From: a virus
Taxonomy: Duplodnaviria; Caudoviricetes
Virus record (IMG/VR): IMGVR_UViG_3300013307_000671
Location: 1-64,000 of that record
Reading direction: 5' to 3' (one strand)
Length of the DNA stretch: 64,000 nucleotides
The notes under the pieces are model-generated. The model had not been told where the DNA came from, ran no database searches, and saw only the letters and a program-made list of their open reading frames with translations. The position numbers and the translations under genes were made by a program. Below, piece after piece: positions 8,147-18,811 of the stretch. The first letter of the stretch is position 1. Each line of letters begins with the position of its first letter.

Positions 8147-8590
8147 TTACAGATCGTAATGCTTATTAAAGTTAGCCCTTACCTCTTCGATATTTTTAGC
8201 ATTTAAAAAATACTTAGGTAAGGCAGTATCACCAACTTTTTCAAGCCACTTGTTAACGTTCGCCTCAGAAACCACAAAAGGCGGCTTAGCTTTCTTTCGT
8301 TTCTTCCACGTCTCATAATAACTTGACTCAGGCAGTGGCTTCCAGTCAAGATTATCCTCATGAACAGCTACACACACTACAGCACTACCTAGATTTCCCT
8401 CTTCCAGTTTAAAGAAAGAATAAATGGCATGATGCTTATCAAAGAAATAACCTCGTGGTGCATAATCATATAATATCACAGGTAAATCATCTTCGTTCTT
8501 AAACTTCAGCGCTCGCGGGTCTACCACCGCTATGGCTCGCATCACGATGTCACCGTAAGTATCGCTTTTCAAAATATACGTAAAGCTCAT
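8147..8590 (-). CDS. Hypothetical protein
   Basis: GAGG RBS before MSFTY. Confidence 0.65.
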   Translation of the reverse strand: MSFTYILKSDTYGDIVMRAIAVVDPRALKFKNEDDLPVILYDYAPRGYFFDKHHAIYSFFKLEEGNLGSAVVCVAVHEDNLDWKPLPESSYYETWKKRKKAKPPFVVSEANVNKWLEKVGDTALPKYFLNAKNIEEVRANFNKHYDL

Positions 8591-8739
8591 CTTTTTTCCT
8601 CTCAATGTTTTCTCTATCATATCACATAGGCTTATCCAACTCTATCTTTTTATCGGATTAGTAAGTATAAGCCCATTAAATAAATATCGCTTTTAAGCCA
8701 GCATTATGATAGAATCGAGAGATTATAAAAGGAGATAAC

Positions 8740-9684
8740 ATGACCAGAATCAGCATGAAACAATCACAAGAGCATACTTTGATGAGGAATGATACTCAAC
8801 GCTATCTCTTATCAACACCGCACTATATCATTAAAAGTGCTGAGAAGACCTTTGACCTTTATCAAAGCACTACCGATGAGACGCTTAAGGCTCAACTCTT
8901 GGCTATCATCGAGATCAATAAGCAAGCCTATTTGGAACAGCTTGAGATTGCCCTGTTGTTTGATGAAACAGGTAAAGACGAAAGCGAAGACCCCTTAAAG
9001 CTTCGCATGCATCGTTGGCTCAGCAATGTCCATATTTTTAACCTTCACTATATGGATGTGGTAGCCCATGCCATCAAGTATACTCGCAGTATATTGCCTA
9101 AAGACTTGATTCTTAATAGTCTTCAAAATGACACCCCTGTTGATGATCTCAAAGTTTTGTTAAGCAATCTTATCGCTAACTTCAGCTTTGAACCTATCGC
9201 CTTTGTCATGGATTTTGTTAAAACAAATTACCCTGAATCTCTTGATGAGTTTAAAGCATTACTAACCACAAGAGGCCTTAATCAGCAAAACTTTCTTAAT
9301 CTAATACTTCTTCAACATCATTACAGCAATTATTCTGTTAACTATGACAGCACGCTTTCTTATATGGACATTAATCAATTTGACTTTGAACAGATTGTTC
9401 GACTTCAAACTAATCGCATTAAAAATAGTCGCTTCAAGGATACGGAAAAATCAAGCTATGAAATCGATAGATTCAATAATCGATTCGGTCGTCTTTTTGA
9501 TGCCGGACTTTTTGACAACGATCCTGTTATTACTAAGGCGCTCTCTGATATTCCACAGCCTGCTGAAAGTGAGAAGAACAGTATCGCTTATCTCTATCAT
9601 GGATTCAAAACAGAGACAGAAAAGCAGCTTTTATGGGGTATGGTAAAAGCCCGCATAGAACAACTTAAAAATAATTTGATTTAA
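8740..9684 (+). CDS. Hypothetical helical protein
   Basis: 314-aa ORF with AGGAG RBS. Confidence 0.7.
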   Translation: MTRISMKQSQEHTLMRNDTQRYLLSTPHYIIKSAEKTFDLYQSTTDETLKAQLLAIIEINKQAYLEQLEIALLFDETGKDESEDPLKLRMHRWLSNVHIFNLHYMDVVAHAIKYTRSILPKDLILNSLQNDTPVDDLKVLLSNLIANFSFEPIAFVMDFVKTNYPESLDEFKALLTTRGLNQQNFLNLILLQHHYSNYSVNYDSTLSYMDINQFDFEQIVRLQTNRIKNSRFKDTEKSSYEIDRFNNRFGRLFDAGLFDNDPVITKALSDIPQPAESEKNSIAYLYHGFKTETEKQLLWGMVKARIEQLKNNLI

Positions 9685-9751
9685 TCACTCTAATCCTATA
9701 TTATGAAATATCCTGACTTGAGCAGGCCATAATATAGGATTCTCTATTTTC

Positions 9752-10669
9752 ATGATAAAAGCCAACAAAGCGCTTATTTTCAAAACAGTTTCAGATGCCC
9801 AAAACAACCTCGACAAACTCCACCATGTTGACGATAATGGCTTCACTGCACTTTTCTTTTGCGAAGACCCTGCTGTTATCTCATTTCTGATAAAGCAAGG
9901 CCTCGATGTTAACCATCAAAGCAAACAAGGCTTCACACCTCTCATGTTTTCCGTAAGATTCCCTTACGACAACTATGATAAAATGCGTATTCTCATCGAT
10001 AACGGTGCCGACCTCAACGCGGTTGACGAGCATGGGCAAAACGCACTGTTTGCCTGCAACTCGCTTATTTATACTGAAGCGTTAGTCGAGGCGGGAATCA
10101 ATATTAATGTCGTAGACAAATACGGTCAGAACGTCCTTTTTGACCGCATGCATTATGAGGCCTATGAAAGTTTTGATTATCTTTTGGATAAGGGGATCGA
10201 CACCTCATCTATAGACGAGCTTGGTCAAAATATACTTTTTCATCATGGTTTGTCTTTAAATGATGTTAAGCGTCTTATTGCTGCAGGCGCAAACCCACAC
10301 CAGATTGATAACGAAGGCCGCAATGTTCTGTCTTGCGCTGGCTCAGAAGAAACTATAGGTTATTATGTTTCTCTTGGTGTTGATCCTTTACAAATGGACC
10401 AAGATGGAAACAATCTCTTTTTTCAAAGAGCCTACCATTATAACGAAAGCCTTTATCCAGCCATCTCCCTGCTTGGCGTAGATATTAATGCTCGAAATAA
10501 TAAAGGCCACAATATTATTCAGCACCTCTTTATCGATATTGATGAATACCTTTATATTATGGACCGTATCCGTCCTTACTATCAAAATAAAATCGATAGC
10601 TGGATAAGTCTTGGCCTCATCATCGACACAGAGACACAGGCTCTGATAAATAACACATTGAACACATAA
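9752..10669 (+). CDS. Ankyrin-repeat protein
   Basis: Repeats 'GFTPLMF', 'LIDNGADLNAVDEHGQNALF', 'AGININVVDKYGQNVLF'. Confidence 0.9.
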   Translation: MIKANKALIFKTVSDAQNNLDKLHHVDDNGFTALFFCEDPAVISFLIKQGLDVNHQSKQGFTPLMFSVRFPYDNYDKMRILIDNGADLNAVDEHGQNALFACNSLIYTEALVEAGININVVDKYGQNVLFDRMHYEAYESFDYLLDKGIDTSSIDELGQNILFHHGLSLNDVKRLIAAGANPHQIDNEGRNVLSCAGSEETIGYYVSLGVDPLQMDQDGNNLFFQRAYHYNESLYPAISLLGVDINARNNKGHNIIQHLFIDIDEYLYIMDRIRPYYQNKIDSWISLGLIIDTETQALINNTLNT

Positions 10670-10695
10670 AAAACCGCCTCCGGGCGGTTTCTCTT

Positions 10696-11379
10696 TTATA
10701 CTCGCGTATTTAGTAGCTCAATTCTTTTTGCTTTCAGCTTTGCCAATCTCCCCGATTTAGCACCAATGCTTTTCATCAGATCATCAAACATCCGCTCAGC
10801 AACAGGAATAGCTTCTTTATAAGCCTTGCTGTTCTTCTTGGAACCAGACATTTCTTTGGTGATGATTTCTTTGATAATCGTAATCATGTTCTCTGACAGC
10901 TTTTCGCCACAAGCCATATTTCTCAGCATAGACTGACCGAAATTGCTTTTTGAAAGCATCCCACCTACAGCAGAAATCTCAAGTTCATTTTCAATTTCTG
11001 CTGTGAGCGCCTCAGCTTCTTTGAGAAGATTTTCAACCAGAACCTCTACCGTTTCACCGAAACGTGCAATCTCACGTTCTTTATGTTCAGCTTGCTTTGC
11101 CTCAATATGATTAAGACGCGCTTCCTGTTTAGCTTTACGCTGCTGTTCCTTGAACGCATCAATCAGGCCATTGTCTCCGCTCTTATTAAGACAATCAATG
11201 CCTACTACAGACACTTTACCATCTGAAGACTTGATGAAATGACGATTTTTTAATACAGTGCCGCAATGTTCACAGAAGAAAACACCTGCAGTATCTGCGA
11301 TTTCCTGACCAACCGGATTATGCAGGTAAAAAGGTGACTGGCCCAAGCCTGAGAGTGTGAAAACATGTGTCTGACTCAT
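10696..11379 (-). CDS. Hypothetical protein with Zn-ribbon (CxxC...C) and coiled coil
   Basis: 'CEHCGTVLKN', 'VGIDC'. Confidence 0.7.
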   Translation of the reverse strand: MSQTHVFTLSGLGQSPFYLHNPVGQEIADTAGVFFCEHCGTVLKNRHFIKSSDGKVSVVGIDCLNKSGDNGLIDAFKEQQRKAKQEARLNHIEAKQAEHKEREIARFGETVEVLVENLLKEAEALTAEIENELEISAVGGMLSKSNFGQSMLRNMACGEKLSENMITIIKEIITKEMSGSKKNSKAYKEAIPVAERMFDDLMKSIGAKSGRLAKLKAKRIELLNTRV

Positions 11380-11455
11380 AGAAAATGCCTCATCGTTTCG
11401 GTATGAGGCATTATAACAACTCCAGAGCAACAAAGCCACTTATTTGTTGTCTTTA

Positions 11456-11749
11456 TTACATCATGGAAGGCAGAAGTTCAACGATAGCTTTATCATCAAT
11501 GCTAACATTTTCTGGCAAGATGCCGAAATCAACCTCATCATCGCCACCCCAGCCTTCGAAGCCTGAGATATAGCCGTCGCTATCATAATAGAAGATTGGC
11601 AGGTAGCCAATACACTTACGGGTGTCTTCAAATACAACGCCTTTAATGGCGTCTACATCGCTCTCCTTATAAAGACCTAATTCACAGGCATCCATACGGT
11701 ATTCATGCTCAAACAAAGCCTTTTCAGAAGGAATTACAATCAGTTTCAT
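11456..11749 (-). CDS. Hypothetical acidic protein
   Basis: GAGG RBS. Confidence 0.65.
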   Translation of the reverse strand: MKLIVIPSEKALFEHEYRMDACELGLYKESDVDAIKGVVFEDTRKCIGYLPIFYYDSDGYISGFEGWGGDDEVDFGILPENVSIDDKAIVELLPSMM

Positions 11750-11793
11750 ATCTATCCTCTTTAAAATATAAAAGAGCGCCGAAGCGCTCTTGG

Positions 11794-12183
11794 TTAACGG
11801 TGAGCAAATGCATAGAAATCTTTAAAGTCAGCAGATACAGATGCGCTGCTTGAAAAGTTTCCATAATAATCTCCACCACCATCCTCAACTTTCAACTTTA
11901 AAAAACCCTTTTCTTCACGAAGCTCGCTAAACTCAGTAATGGTCATATCAGGCCAGAATGCTGTCATGATTTTAAATACACGATCTTCCAACTCTGGATC
12001 AGGATCTTCATCGCCGGGGTAAGCTTGCGTAGGATTACCATAACAATCCCCACCAGAAGAACCACCCAGGCTCCACCATTTGGATGCATAAAAATCAGAA
12101 AATCCAAAAGCCTTGGTAAAAATCTTCTCAAATTCTTTTACTGACTCAATGGTCTTAATGTGTGGAACTTTAATATCCGTCAT
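11794..12183 (-). CDS. Hypothetical protein
   Basis: ORF followed by a terminator. Confidence 0.65.
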   Translation of the reverse strand: MTDIKVPHIKTIESVKEFEKIFTKAFGFSDFYASKWWSLGGSSGGDCYGNPTQAYPGDEDPDPELEDRVFKIMTAFWPDMTITEFSELREEKGFLKLKVEDGGGDYYGNFSSSASVSADFKDFYAFAHR

Positions 12184-12235
12184 CGCACTTCTCCGCCATG
12201 AATAAATTAAGTTAAGACAACATTTTAACTCATAC

Positions 12236-12466
12236 TTAGGTTTTTCTCAAGCAATATTTTTTAAAGATATGCCTGACCTTTGCCTCAAAACCCTTTTTCT
12301 CAGCTTGTTTGACTCCAGCATCATAACTGACCAACAGCATTCCAGCTATGAAGCAAAACATCGCAAGATTTTCACTATTAATCATAATACTATAGAAAGT
12401 CAGGAAAAGGTTCAGTACAATCAGACACGCTACTTTGTTGAGCTTCTCAAATATTCTTTTCATCAT
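12236..12466 (-). CDS. Small membrane protein
   Basis: Two hydrophobic stretches; GAGG RBS. Confidence 0.55.
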   Translation of the reverse strand: MMKRIFEKLNKVACLIVLNLFLTFYSIMINSENLAMFCFIAGMLLVSYDAGVKQAEKKGFEAKVRHIFKKYCLRKT

Positions 12467-12570
12467 TAAGAGCCTCTTATTTGATTAAGACAATATTATA
12501 ACGCTATTGCTAATTGATTGCTACGATTTCCTGACAATAAAAAAGCCCCCGGCTGGAGGCTTTCTTTGGA

Positions 12571-13173
12571 TTAGGCTGCGATAGGACGAATCATCAACTC
12601 AAACTCTTTTGTATCTGCATGATACTTAACCAGACCTGTCTTATCCAGAACACGGTTAGAAATCAGGTTGCGGATAATCTGGCGGTATTTCGGCTGATTA
12701 CCTTTGTTAATTGCCATATCTTCAGCAACCAGCTCCTGAGCAACTTGCTCATTCAGCGCCTTCAGCAGATCAGAAGACTTAACACGACCATCTTCACTCA
12801 GCGCCGCCAGCTCACGCAGGCTAACCAGAGCCGGAATCACCAGATCAAGCTGAGACAGGCGAACCTTCATGCCAAACTCTTTAACCGCTTTGTCGGTAAT
12901 ATAAACTTCTTTAGTCGCCTTGTCATAAACGCCATAGCCACTCTTCGCCAGATAACCCGCATAAATCATGCTGTTAAAACTACGGTCAATCATACGATTC
13001 TTACCACCGCTATAATGACCGTCGATGATTGTCATCATAGGCTTATACTCTTCCAGAACTGCCCGGCGAACTTCTTTCAGCGCCACACCACCGTTCGTTG
13101 CACCTTTCAGCTTACGAGCAACATAACGAGCCGTTGGTTTTACCAGTTCTTTAGCAGTAGTATAAAGTTTCAT
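12571..13173 (-). CDS. Putative DNA-binding protein with two winged-helix (Mrr-N-like) domains
   Basis: Basic; 'LVIPALVSLREL...KYRQIIRNLISNRVL..GLV' resembles Mrr N-terminal wHTH. Confidence 0.5.
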   Translation of the reverse strand: MKLYTTAKELVKPTARYVARKLKGATNGGVALKEVRRAVLEEYKPMMTIIDGHYSGGKNRMIDRSFNSMIYAGYLAKSGYGVYDKATKEVYITDKAVKEFGMKVRLSQLDLVIPALVSLRELAALSEDGRVKSSDLLKALNEQVAQELVAEDMAINKGNQPKYRQIIRNLISNRVLDKTGLVKYHADTKEFELMIRPIAA

Positions 13174-13339
13174 GTTTTGTATTCCAGTTCAGTGAGTGTT
13201 TAGTTAAGTGTCTTGCTTCAATAAAGATAGTATAGCTAACTCTGACTTCCTGCACAAGCTTTATTTCAACTTTTTATTGTCTTTATTTTTATAAAAATGG
13301 CCCTGTTTTCACAAATAGGGCCATCTTAATGGTTAAGTT

Positions 13340-13708
13340 TTATTGTAGACACTTGTAAATGATAAATCCTACTGGTCCACCAATCACAGCTACTGCAGCG
13401 CAAACACCAAGCGCTACTTTTCTATAGTACGTAATACGTTTATCGTTGTCGTCAGGGATCACACTTAGTTCGTCCAAAGGGATGCTAAAAACATTACCGT
13501 TAGAATCCTCCACTTCGCAATAAGGCGTAACAATCGGATCTTCATCATCATCCGAAACGCGATCAAAAATAGACAACGCCTTAAAAGCATCATGAGTATT
13601 ATAGCTCACCTTTTCTTTACGGCTTAACGGCAAAGTCCGATTAAAAATGAGGTAAACTGTATCGCCAACATCTATTACAGTATTATTAACAATTTTTTCC
13701 ACTTTCAT
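13340..13708 (-). CDS. Hypothetical protein with C-terminal TM
   Basis: Hydrophobic C-terminal helix. Confidence 0.6.
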   Translation of the reverse strand: MKVEKIVNNTVIDVGDTVYLIFNRTLPLSRKEKVSYNTHDAFKALSIFDRVSDDDEDPIVTPYCEVEDSNGNVFSIPLDELSVIPDDNDKRITYYRKVALGVCAAVAVIGGPVGFIIYKCLQ

Positions 13709-13892
13709 CTACTAACAGATTGCGTTGCGGTTAAACTTAAATCAATAAAGACAATATAAACACCCATAAAACCAACGTAATGCTTATAACTTTAGCGATA
13801 TCCTTCATATTTTCTTTAAGCCATTATACCAACGTTACTTCTCTTGCACAAGCAATAAAAAAAGCCATCGCTGGCTTTTTTCTTTCTTCAAA

Positions 13893-14270
13893 TCAACCGT
13901 GAAGATGCTGATTTAGCTGATATTTAACACGCTTAAGGTTCTTCTGAACCTTAGCAACAAAAGCCCGGTATTCTTTTTTCTGGTTTGGAATCTCTTTTAG
14001 TTCTTCTGCGGTGAAGTTTTCCAGCAGATAACCAATCTTTTTGAGATTACCTTCCAGATTCTGCGATAGATATTTTACTACGCCGTCAATCTCGCTTACC
14101 GCCTCAGCATATTTCTTCAGGCTTTTTACTGATTTTTTATCTTCAGCAGAAACACCGTGAATCAGAACTGCTTTTAATGCGCGGTTATGCTGAAAGAGCA
14201 TAGCCTGAACATCACGAGTGAAAGGAGAAAAAAGCATAGTGCAACGCTGTTCCAGAGAAAGTTCTAACAT
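13893..14270 (-). CDS. Hypothetical protein
   Basis: AAGGA RBS before MLELS. Confidence 0.65.
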   Translation of the reverse strand: MLELSLEQRCTMLFSPFTRDVQAMLFQHNRALKAVLIHGVSAEDKKSVKSLKKYAEAVSEIDGVVKYLSQNLEGNLKKIGYLLENFTAEELKEIPNQKKEYRAFVAKVQKNLKRVKYQLNQHLHG

Positions 14271-14361
14271 GGTAATCCTTTTTAAATAAGGTGAGAAGTA
14301 TTTCTTGATGAGGTAATGATAGCAAAGCCTGCGCTTATGCACAAGCTTTATTTTGACAATA

Positions 14362-14595
14362 TTAGGCTTGTTCTACATGAATGTTTTCAGCACCATGAAT
14401 ACGTGCTTTCTCAAGGACATAGTTAGCCAGATCAATCGCCGTGAAGTTTTCACTCTCACAGCAAGAAGCGTGAGGCAGCAGAGCATCATCCTCTACACCA
14501 TCTACCTTGATCTCAAAACCATAAGCCGAGTTCCAGCAATCATATTCGCAACCATCATGCTCATCCTCTACCGCTTTAACCTGAATACACACCAT
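14362..14595 (-). CDS. Small acidic hypothetical protein
   Basis: GAGG RBS. Confidence 0.6.
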   Translation of the reverse strand: MVCIQVKAVEDEHDGCEYDCWNSAYGFEIKVDGVEDDALLPHASCCESENFTAIDLANYVLEKARIHGAENIHVEQA

Positions 14596-14610
14596 TGGAA
14601 ATATCCTCTA

Positions 14611-15048
14611 TTAAAAAACAACGGGACCCGGACCGAGATTAGAAGAAGCCGATTCGCTCATGTTCACATCAAAGCGGTTTCCAAGCTCATCAAAATAATC
14701 AATCAGAATAACATTATAACCATTGAATGTCATAAGCTTCTCGTTTTCCTGAGTATGACGCTCAAATACCACTTTCTGACCTAAAATATGAACAGTCAGA
14801 TCGTCTTTTGTAGTGCTAATACTACTGATATTCAGACTAGCCACGCTTCCTTTTAGAATATCGTTAATCTTTGATGTGATACAAATATCCGCCTCACACC
14901 ATTCTTTGATTTTCTTATTCAGCTCAGAGAAAGTCTTCCAGAAGCTCTCAAACTCCGAATCAGACAAATCCACATGCAAAGGCGAATACATGGCGAAATT
15001 AATCTCAAAACCCGGCTTCTTACCTTTACTCACTAAAGTCTTTTTCAT
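14611..15048 (-). CDS. Hypothetical protein
   Basis: GAGG RBS. Confidence 0.65.
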   Translation of the reverse strand: MKKTLVSKGKKPGFEINFAMYSPLHVDLSDSEFESFWKTFSELNKKIKEWCEADICITSKINDILKGSVASLNISSISTTKDDLTVHILGQKVVFERHTQENEKLMTFNGYNVILIDYFDELGNRFDVNMSESASSNLGPGPVVF

Positions 15049-15101
15049 ATAACCTCACAAAAGAAAAGAGAACTCCTCTTTGGAACCCTCTCTTAAAAAA
15101 G

Positions 15102-15470
15102 TTAAGCAACAAGTTTAGATTTGGTTACTACGCGGTCAATGTTCGAGCGAAGATGCTTCATTTCGCGAATTTTATCAGAAGCGAGCAGATATACGGCATG
15201 GATAATGCCTTTTTTAAGACTCGAACTCAGTTCCAAAACACTCATGTCTTCAATCGACTGCTTGAATGAAACAAACTCAGTCATTACGTTTTTACGCACA
15301 ACATCCGTCTCAGAAATCGCCAGACAGTTAACGTCATCATACAGCTTTTCAGCTTCAATTTTAGCAAGCTGCAGGTTCTCAAAACCATGATCTGCCATCT
15401 CAATACGACAAACAGTTTCGTTACAAAGACGTGTCAGACGGTTGTTGCCAAGGATCTCTACATTCAGCAT
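15102..15470 (-). CDS. Hypothetical protein
   Basis: Own promoter at 15504-15532. Confidence 0.65.
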   Translation of the reverse strand: MLNVEILGNNRLTRLCNETVCRIEMADHGFENLQLAKIEAEKLYDDVNCLAISETDVVRKNVMTEFVSFKQSIEDMSVLELSSSLKKGIIHAVYLLASDKIREMKHLRSNIDRVVTKSKLVA

Positions 15471-15503
15471 TTTGATTTACTCTTCAGTGATTTCGTTAAA
15501 AAC

Positions 15504-15535
15504 AGTATAGCAAAACACATTGTTAATGACAACAT
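15504..15535 (-). promoter_or_regulatory. sigma70 promoter whose -35 is the GTTGTC box
   Basis: ATG-TTGTCA-17 bp-TATACT. Confidence 0.75.
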
Positions 15536-15812
15536 GTTTTTTGTTGTTCGAGAATATTTTTTATCTCTACTTTTAATCCCATACTGACATAGGAGCGCAT
15601 CAATCCTTTAGCAAAACCTATCGCTGAGTCGTAGTCTTTATAGGGATGCTCATGTTTTTCATCATCATACCAATCTTCACGATCAGCATCATTATTGAAA
15701 AGGCTAACCAGCCATTCATTTTTAGGATTTAACGTAATGGTAATCAGAATACTTTTCATGGGAATCCAATAGAAAAGGGCCACCTGAGCAGCCCTTTATG
15801 ATTATGAAGACG

Positions 15813-16115
15813 TTATGCCTCTACGGTCGAAGCCTGAACCAGAGCAACCAGCTCAAACAGTTCGCCCATATTATCTGCTACTTCATAGTAGCCCGCAGAA
15901 TGCCCCGCTTCCCACGCCATGCTAAACACTTTATCTTTTACCGCCTGTGGCGCGTCAGCATAGCCGAAATGTGCGGAGACTTTTTCTTTAAAATCTTCTT
16001 TAATCGCTTCATTCGCCCGATTTCGGTCCGACCAGCTTTTAGGAAATTCGTGATAGTTAGCGTTTTGACGGTCTGAACAGCTATTACAAAAAGTCATCAG
16101 ATCAAGTTTGCTCAT
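15813..16115 (-). CDS. Hypothetical protein (phage-like)
   Basis: 'AWEAGHSAGYYEV' motif; AGGA RBS. Confidence 0.7.
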   Translation of the reverse strand: MSKLDLMTFCNSCSDRQNANYHEFPKSWSDRNRANEAIKEDFKEKVSAHFGYADAPQAVKDKVFSMAWEAGHSAGYYEVADNMGELFELVALVQASTVEA

Positions 16116-16259
16116 TTTTATTTCCTTTCATCTCTCGTTTCGATGTAGACACTATATCGCACTTCACCATCATGCACAAGCTTTTTATGACAACATTTAA
16201 TGTTTTTTAGAGATTTTTTTACTGGATAATAAAAAAGGCCTCCTAAGAGACCTTTTTCA

Positions 16260-16592
16260 TTACCAGGATACATTGATAATATACTCACCTTTTGGAAGGA
16301 CTCCTTCATACATCAGGAAATCAATAATATCATCAGTGTTCACATGCCAGATGCCTTTCTTGAGTTTCTCAAGGAAATCAACTTTATCTTTTTCCGTAAA
16401 ATAAAGTGTATTAGAGCCTAACTCATGAGAGCTGTCATTGTGGGCCTCTACGCTTGCTACAAACTCATATTTCTCAATATCAGGACATTCAGCAAGCTTA
16501 GGCAGCTCAGTTTTAACCAAACGATTAAAATCAAAATAATCCATTGAATAAACCGCTTTGGATGTAATCTCGTATTCGTTAAAGTTAATCAT
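16260..16592 (-). CDS. Hypothetical protein (phage-like)
   Basis: Ends 'LPKGEYIINVSW'; GAGG RBS. Confidence 0.7.
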   Translation of the reverse strand: MINFNEYEITSKAVYSMDYFDFNRLVKTELPKLAECPDIEKYEFVASVEAHNDSSHELGSNTLYFTEKDKVDFLEKLKKGIWHVNTDDIIDFLMYEGVLPKGEYIINVSW

Positions 16593-16619
16593 TTATGCCT
16601 CTTAGGTGATAGTTTAAAA

Positions 16620-16832
16620 TCAAGAAATATGAGCAGAAAAATCGATCTTAACAACTTTAAGACCTTCGTAGTTCTCTGAAATCTCAGATAATACACGCTC
16701 AGCCTCTTCTTTTCCTGAACAAACTTGATTGATTGAGGATAAATTTAGACCGCATTGATAACCAAAGGCATCATAAAAATAATGACCATCAGTAACCGCA
16801 TATTTCACATCAAGATCGATAATCTTAGACAT
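16620..16832 (-). CDS. Hypothetical protein
   Basis: Own promoter, in the repeat copy at about 16855-16908. Confidence 0.6.
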   Translation of the reverse strand: MSKIIDLDVKYAVTDGHYFYDAFGYQCGLNLSSINQVCSGKEEAERVLSEISENYEGLKVVKIDFSAHIS

Positions 16833-16854
16833 TTTAACCTTCCGCTTAATGTAT

Positions 16855-17203
16855 TTTTTAAAGTGTTGACATTATAGCGTAATACCAACACTCAAACAAG
16901 CTTTTTCTTCAACAAAACAGCTTCTTGATTAATCTTTGAAAGACACTTCACTCAACTTTTCAAAACCATAATGCGAAATCATGTCTTCCATCACCTGCTT
17001 AGAAGTAGTAGGTAGGACAACCCACATTTCATCTTCTTTACAATAGTTGTTAACCGCAAAACCTGCAGCTAAAGCACGGTCGAAATCGCCTTCGCCTTTT
17101 TTGACCAGGCAGTGAACATAAGATGTCGCAGACATTTTTAAATCCTCATTTGTTTTTAATGTTGACATTATAGCGCAACATCAACTCTCAAACAAGCTTT
17201 TTC
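16855..17203. repeat. About 50-bp imperfect direct repeat (promoter module) flanking one small gene
   Basis: TGTTGACATTATAGCG..CAAC.CTCAAACAAGCTTTTT at about 16864-16906 and 17160-17202. Confidence 0.75.
16929..17135 (-). CDS. Hypothetical protein
   Basis: GAGGA RBS before MSATS. Confidence 0.6.
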   Translation of the reverse strand: MSATSYVHCLVKKGEGDFDRALAAGFAVNNYCKEDEMWVVLPTTSKQVMEDMISHYGFEKLSEVSFKD

Positions 17204-17257
17204 TGATTTGAGATAGTTCGATTTTTATGCTATTTTTGATTTTAAAAAGGAGACCTT

Positions 17258-18376
17258 ATGTTTTTTGTTTATACCAGGATACTTTTCTCTTATTTGTTAA
17301 TCACTATCATTCTACCACTACCACTGCCTGTTTATCTTAAAGCGTGCTTAGGCCTGCTGTTGCTTGCCGGAACTCAGCTACACTACGTTTCACGGAAAAT
17401 CAGCGGCATGATGGTAGCCAACTATCCAAAACCTTTGCTTTACGCATGGGAATACCTTTTTGCTTTTGCTGTCATTCTTTTCCTCATATCCTTGCCTGTT
17501 AACCTTACAAAAGCGTTTACATGGTTGTTCTCTTTAAACACAACCTTTCACGCGGTAAACTCAGCATCAGCTCAATATGGACTCATAGGCATATCCGTCC
17601 TGCTGTCTCTTTACAGCTTTTATCAGGGCAATAAAGCACCATCGGTAAAGCGTAAGACGATTATACTTAAACACTGGCCTGATGCTCTGAATGGTTTCAC
17701 CATTGCTCAACTCAGTGATCTGCACGTGAGCAATCTGCTTACTCAAAAATGGCTATCATCCGTAGTGAATCAAACAAATGCCTTAAATCCTGACCTTATC
17801 GTCATTACAGGCGATTTTACCGATGGATTCCCGTCTATGTATGCCGAGAATATAAAACCGCTTAAAACGCTTTCTGCGCGTCATGGTGTGTATGGCTGCT
17901 TAGGTAATCATGATTACTATTATGACTATGATGGATGGACAAAAGAGTATAGGAAAAATGGCGTCCATCTTTTGATTAATGAACACGTAGAGATATCAAG
18001 ACAAGGCCACTCATTTATTTTAGCTGGCGTAGCCGATCCCGCAGCAAAAGCACACCATCAGGCTTCACCTGATATCAAAAAGGCTATCGGATGTGCTGAA
18101 TCAAAAGCTATTATTCTACTTGATCATCGTCCAGATAGCATCTATGAGAACGCAAAAGCTGGTGTCGATCTGCAGTTATCTGGTCATACACATGGAGGTA
18201 TGATGCCTTTACTTGCTCAAATCGTTAAAAAGGCCAATAGGGGATTTAACTCAGGTCATTACTTTGTGGATAGCGCTCAGCTTTACTTAAGCAATGGAAC
18301 AGGTATCTGGAATGGTTTCCCACTGCGCTTAGGCTATCCGGCAGAAATCACATTGCTTACCATTAAAAATAAATAA
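17258..18376 (+). CDS. Membrane-anchored calcineurin-like metallophosphoesterase (YkuE/YaeI type)
   Basis: 'SDLH', 'GDFTD', 'GNHD', 'LDHRP', 'SGHTHGG'; N-terminal TM helices. Confidence 0.92.
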   Translation: MFFVYTRILFSYLLITIILPLPLPVYLKACLGLLLLAGTQLHYVSRKISGMMVANYPKPLLYAWEYLFAFAVILFLISLPVNLTKAFTWLFSLNTTFHAVNSASAQYGLIGISVLLSLYSFYQGNKAPSVKRKTIILKHWPDALNGFTIAQLSDLHVSNLLTQKWLSSVVNQTNALNPDLIVITGDFTDGFPSMYAENIKPLKTLSARHGVYGCLGNHDYYYDYDGWTKEYRKNGVHLLINEHVEISRQGHSFILAGVADPAAKAHHQASPDIKKAIGCAESKAIILLDHRPDSIYENAKAGVDLQLSGHTHGGMMPLLAQIVKKANRGFNSGHYFVDSAQLYLSNGTGIWNGFPLRLGYPAEITLLTIKNK

Positions 18377-18398
18377 GGCCGCTTAGCGGCCTTTATAC

Positions 18399-18767
18399 TT
18401 AGAAGTCTGGCAGGTTTTTATTTTCCAACTTCATTACAAACGCATAAAATTTCCGGCTCGGAGGAACGCCCATGCTAATATAGTGTTTATATCCTTCAGG
18501 CCACGACCAATCATCCAATGTAAACTCAATGCTACCATTAGGCTTATTGGTTAGCCTGTGCATTGACCAGCCACGATAATGCTGCCTGTCAGCTTTATTT
18601 TCGAGAAGCTGAAGTGCTTCCATAAATGCGGTCCGGTCATAACCTTCCACATTTTCAATCACCGGAAAAGGCAAGCCAGTCTCATCTTTTTCTTCTGTTC
18701 TGCGCCAATAACCTTCAACACCTTCAGGAAAAGCACACGCTTTGTTATCTATCATTATTTTGTTCAC
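18399..18767 (-). CDS. Hypothetical protein (phage-like)
   Basis: 'YRGWS...WSWPEGYKHYI' motif. Confidence 0.65.
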   Translation of the reverse strand: MNKIMIDNKACAFPEGVEGYWRRTEEKDETGLPFPVIENVEGYDRTAFMEALQLLENKADRQHYRGWSMHRLTNKPNGSIEFTLDDWSWPEGYKHYISMGVPPSRKFYAFVMKLENKNLPDF

Positions 18768-18811
18768 CTCAAAGAAAAAGGCCGCACGCGGCAGCCTGTT
18801 TGTTGTTTGTA

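Noticed and set aside
12619-13203. Long plus-strand ORFs antisense to real genes (also 32865-33296, 55575-56075, 14353-14784)
   Set aside because: They are shadows of minus-strand genes that have RBS, promoter and terminator support
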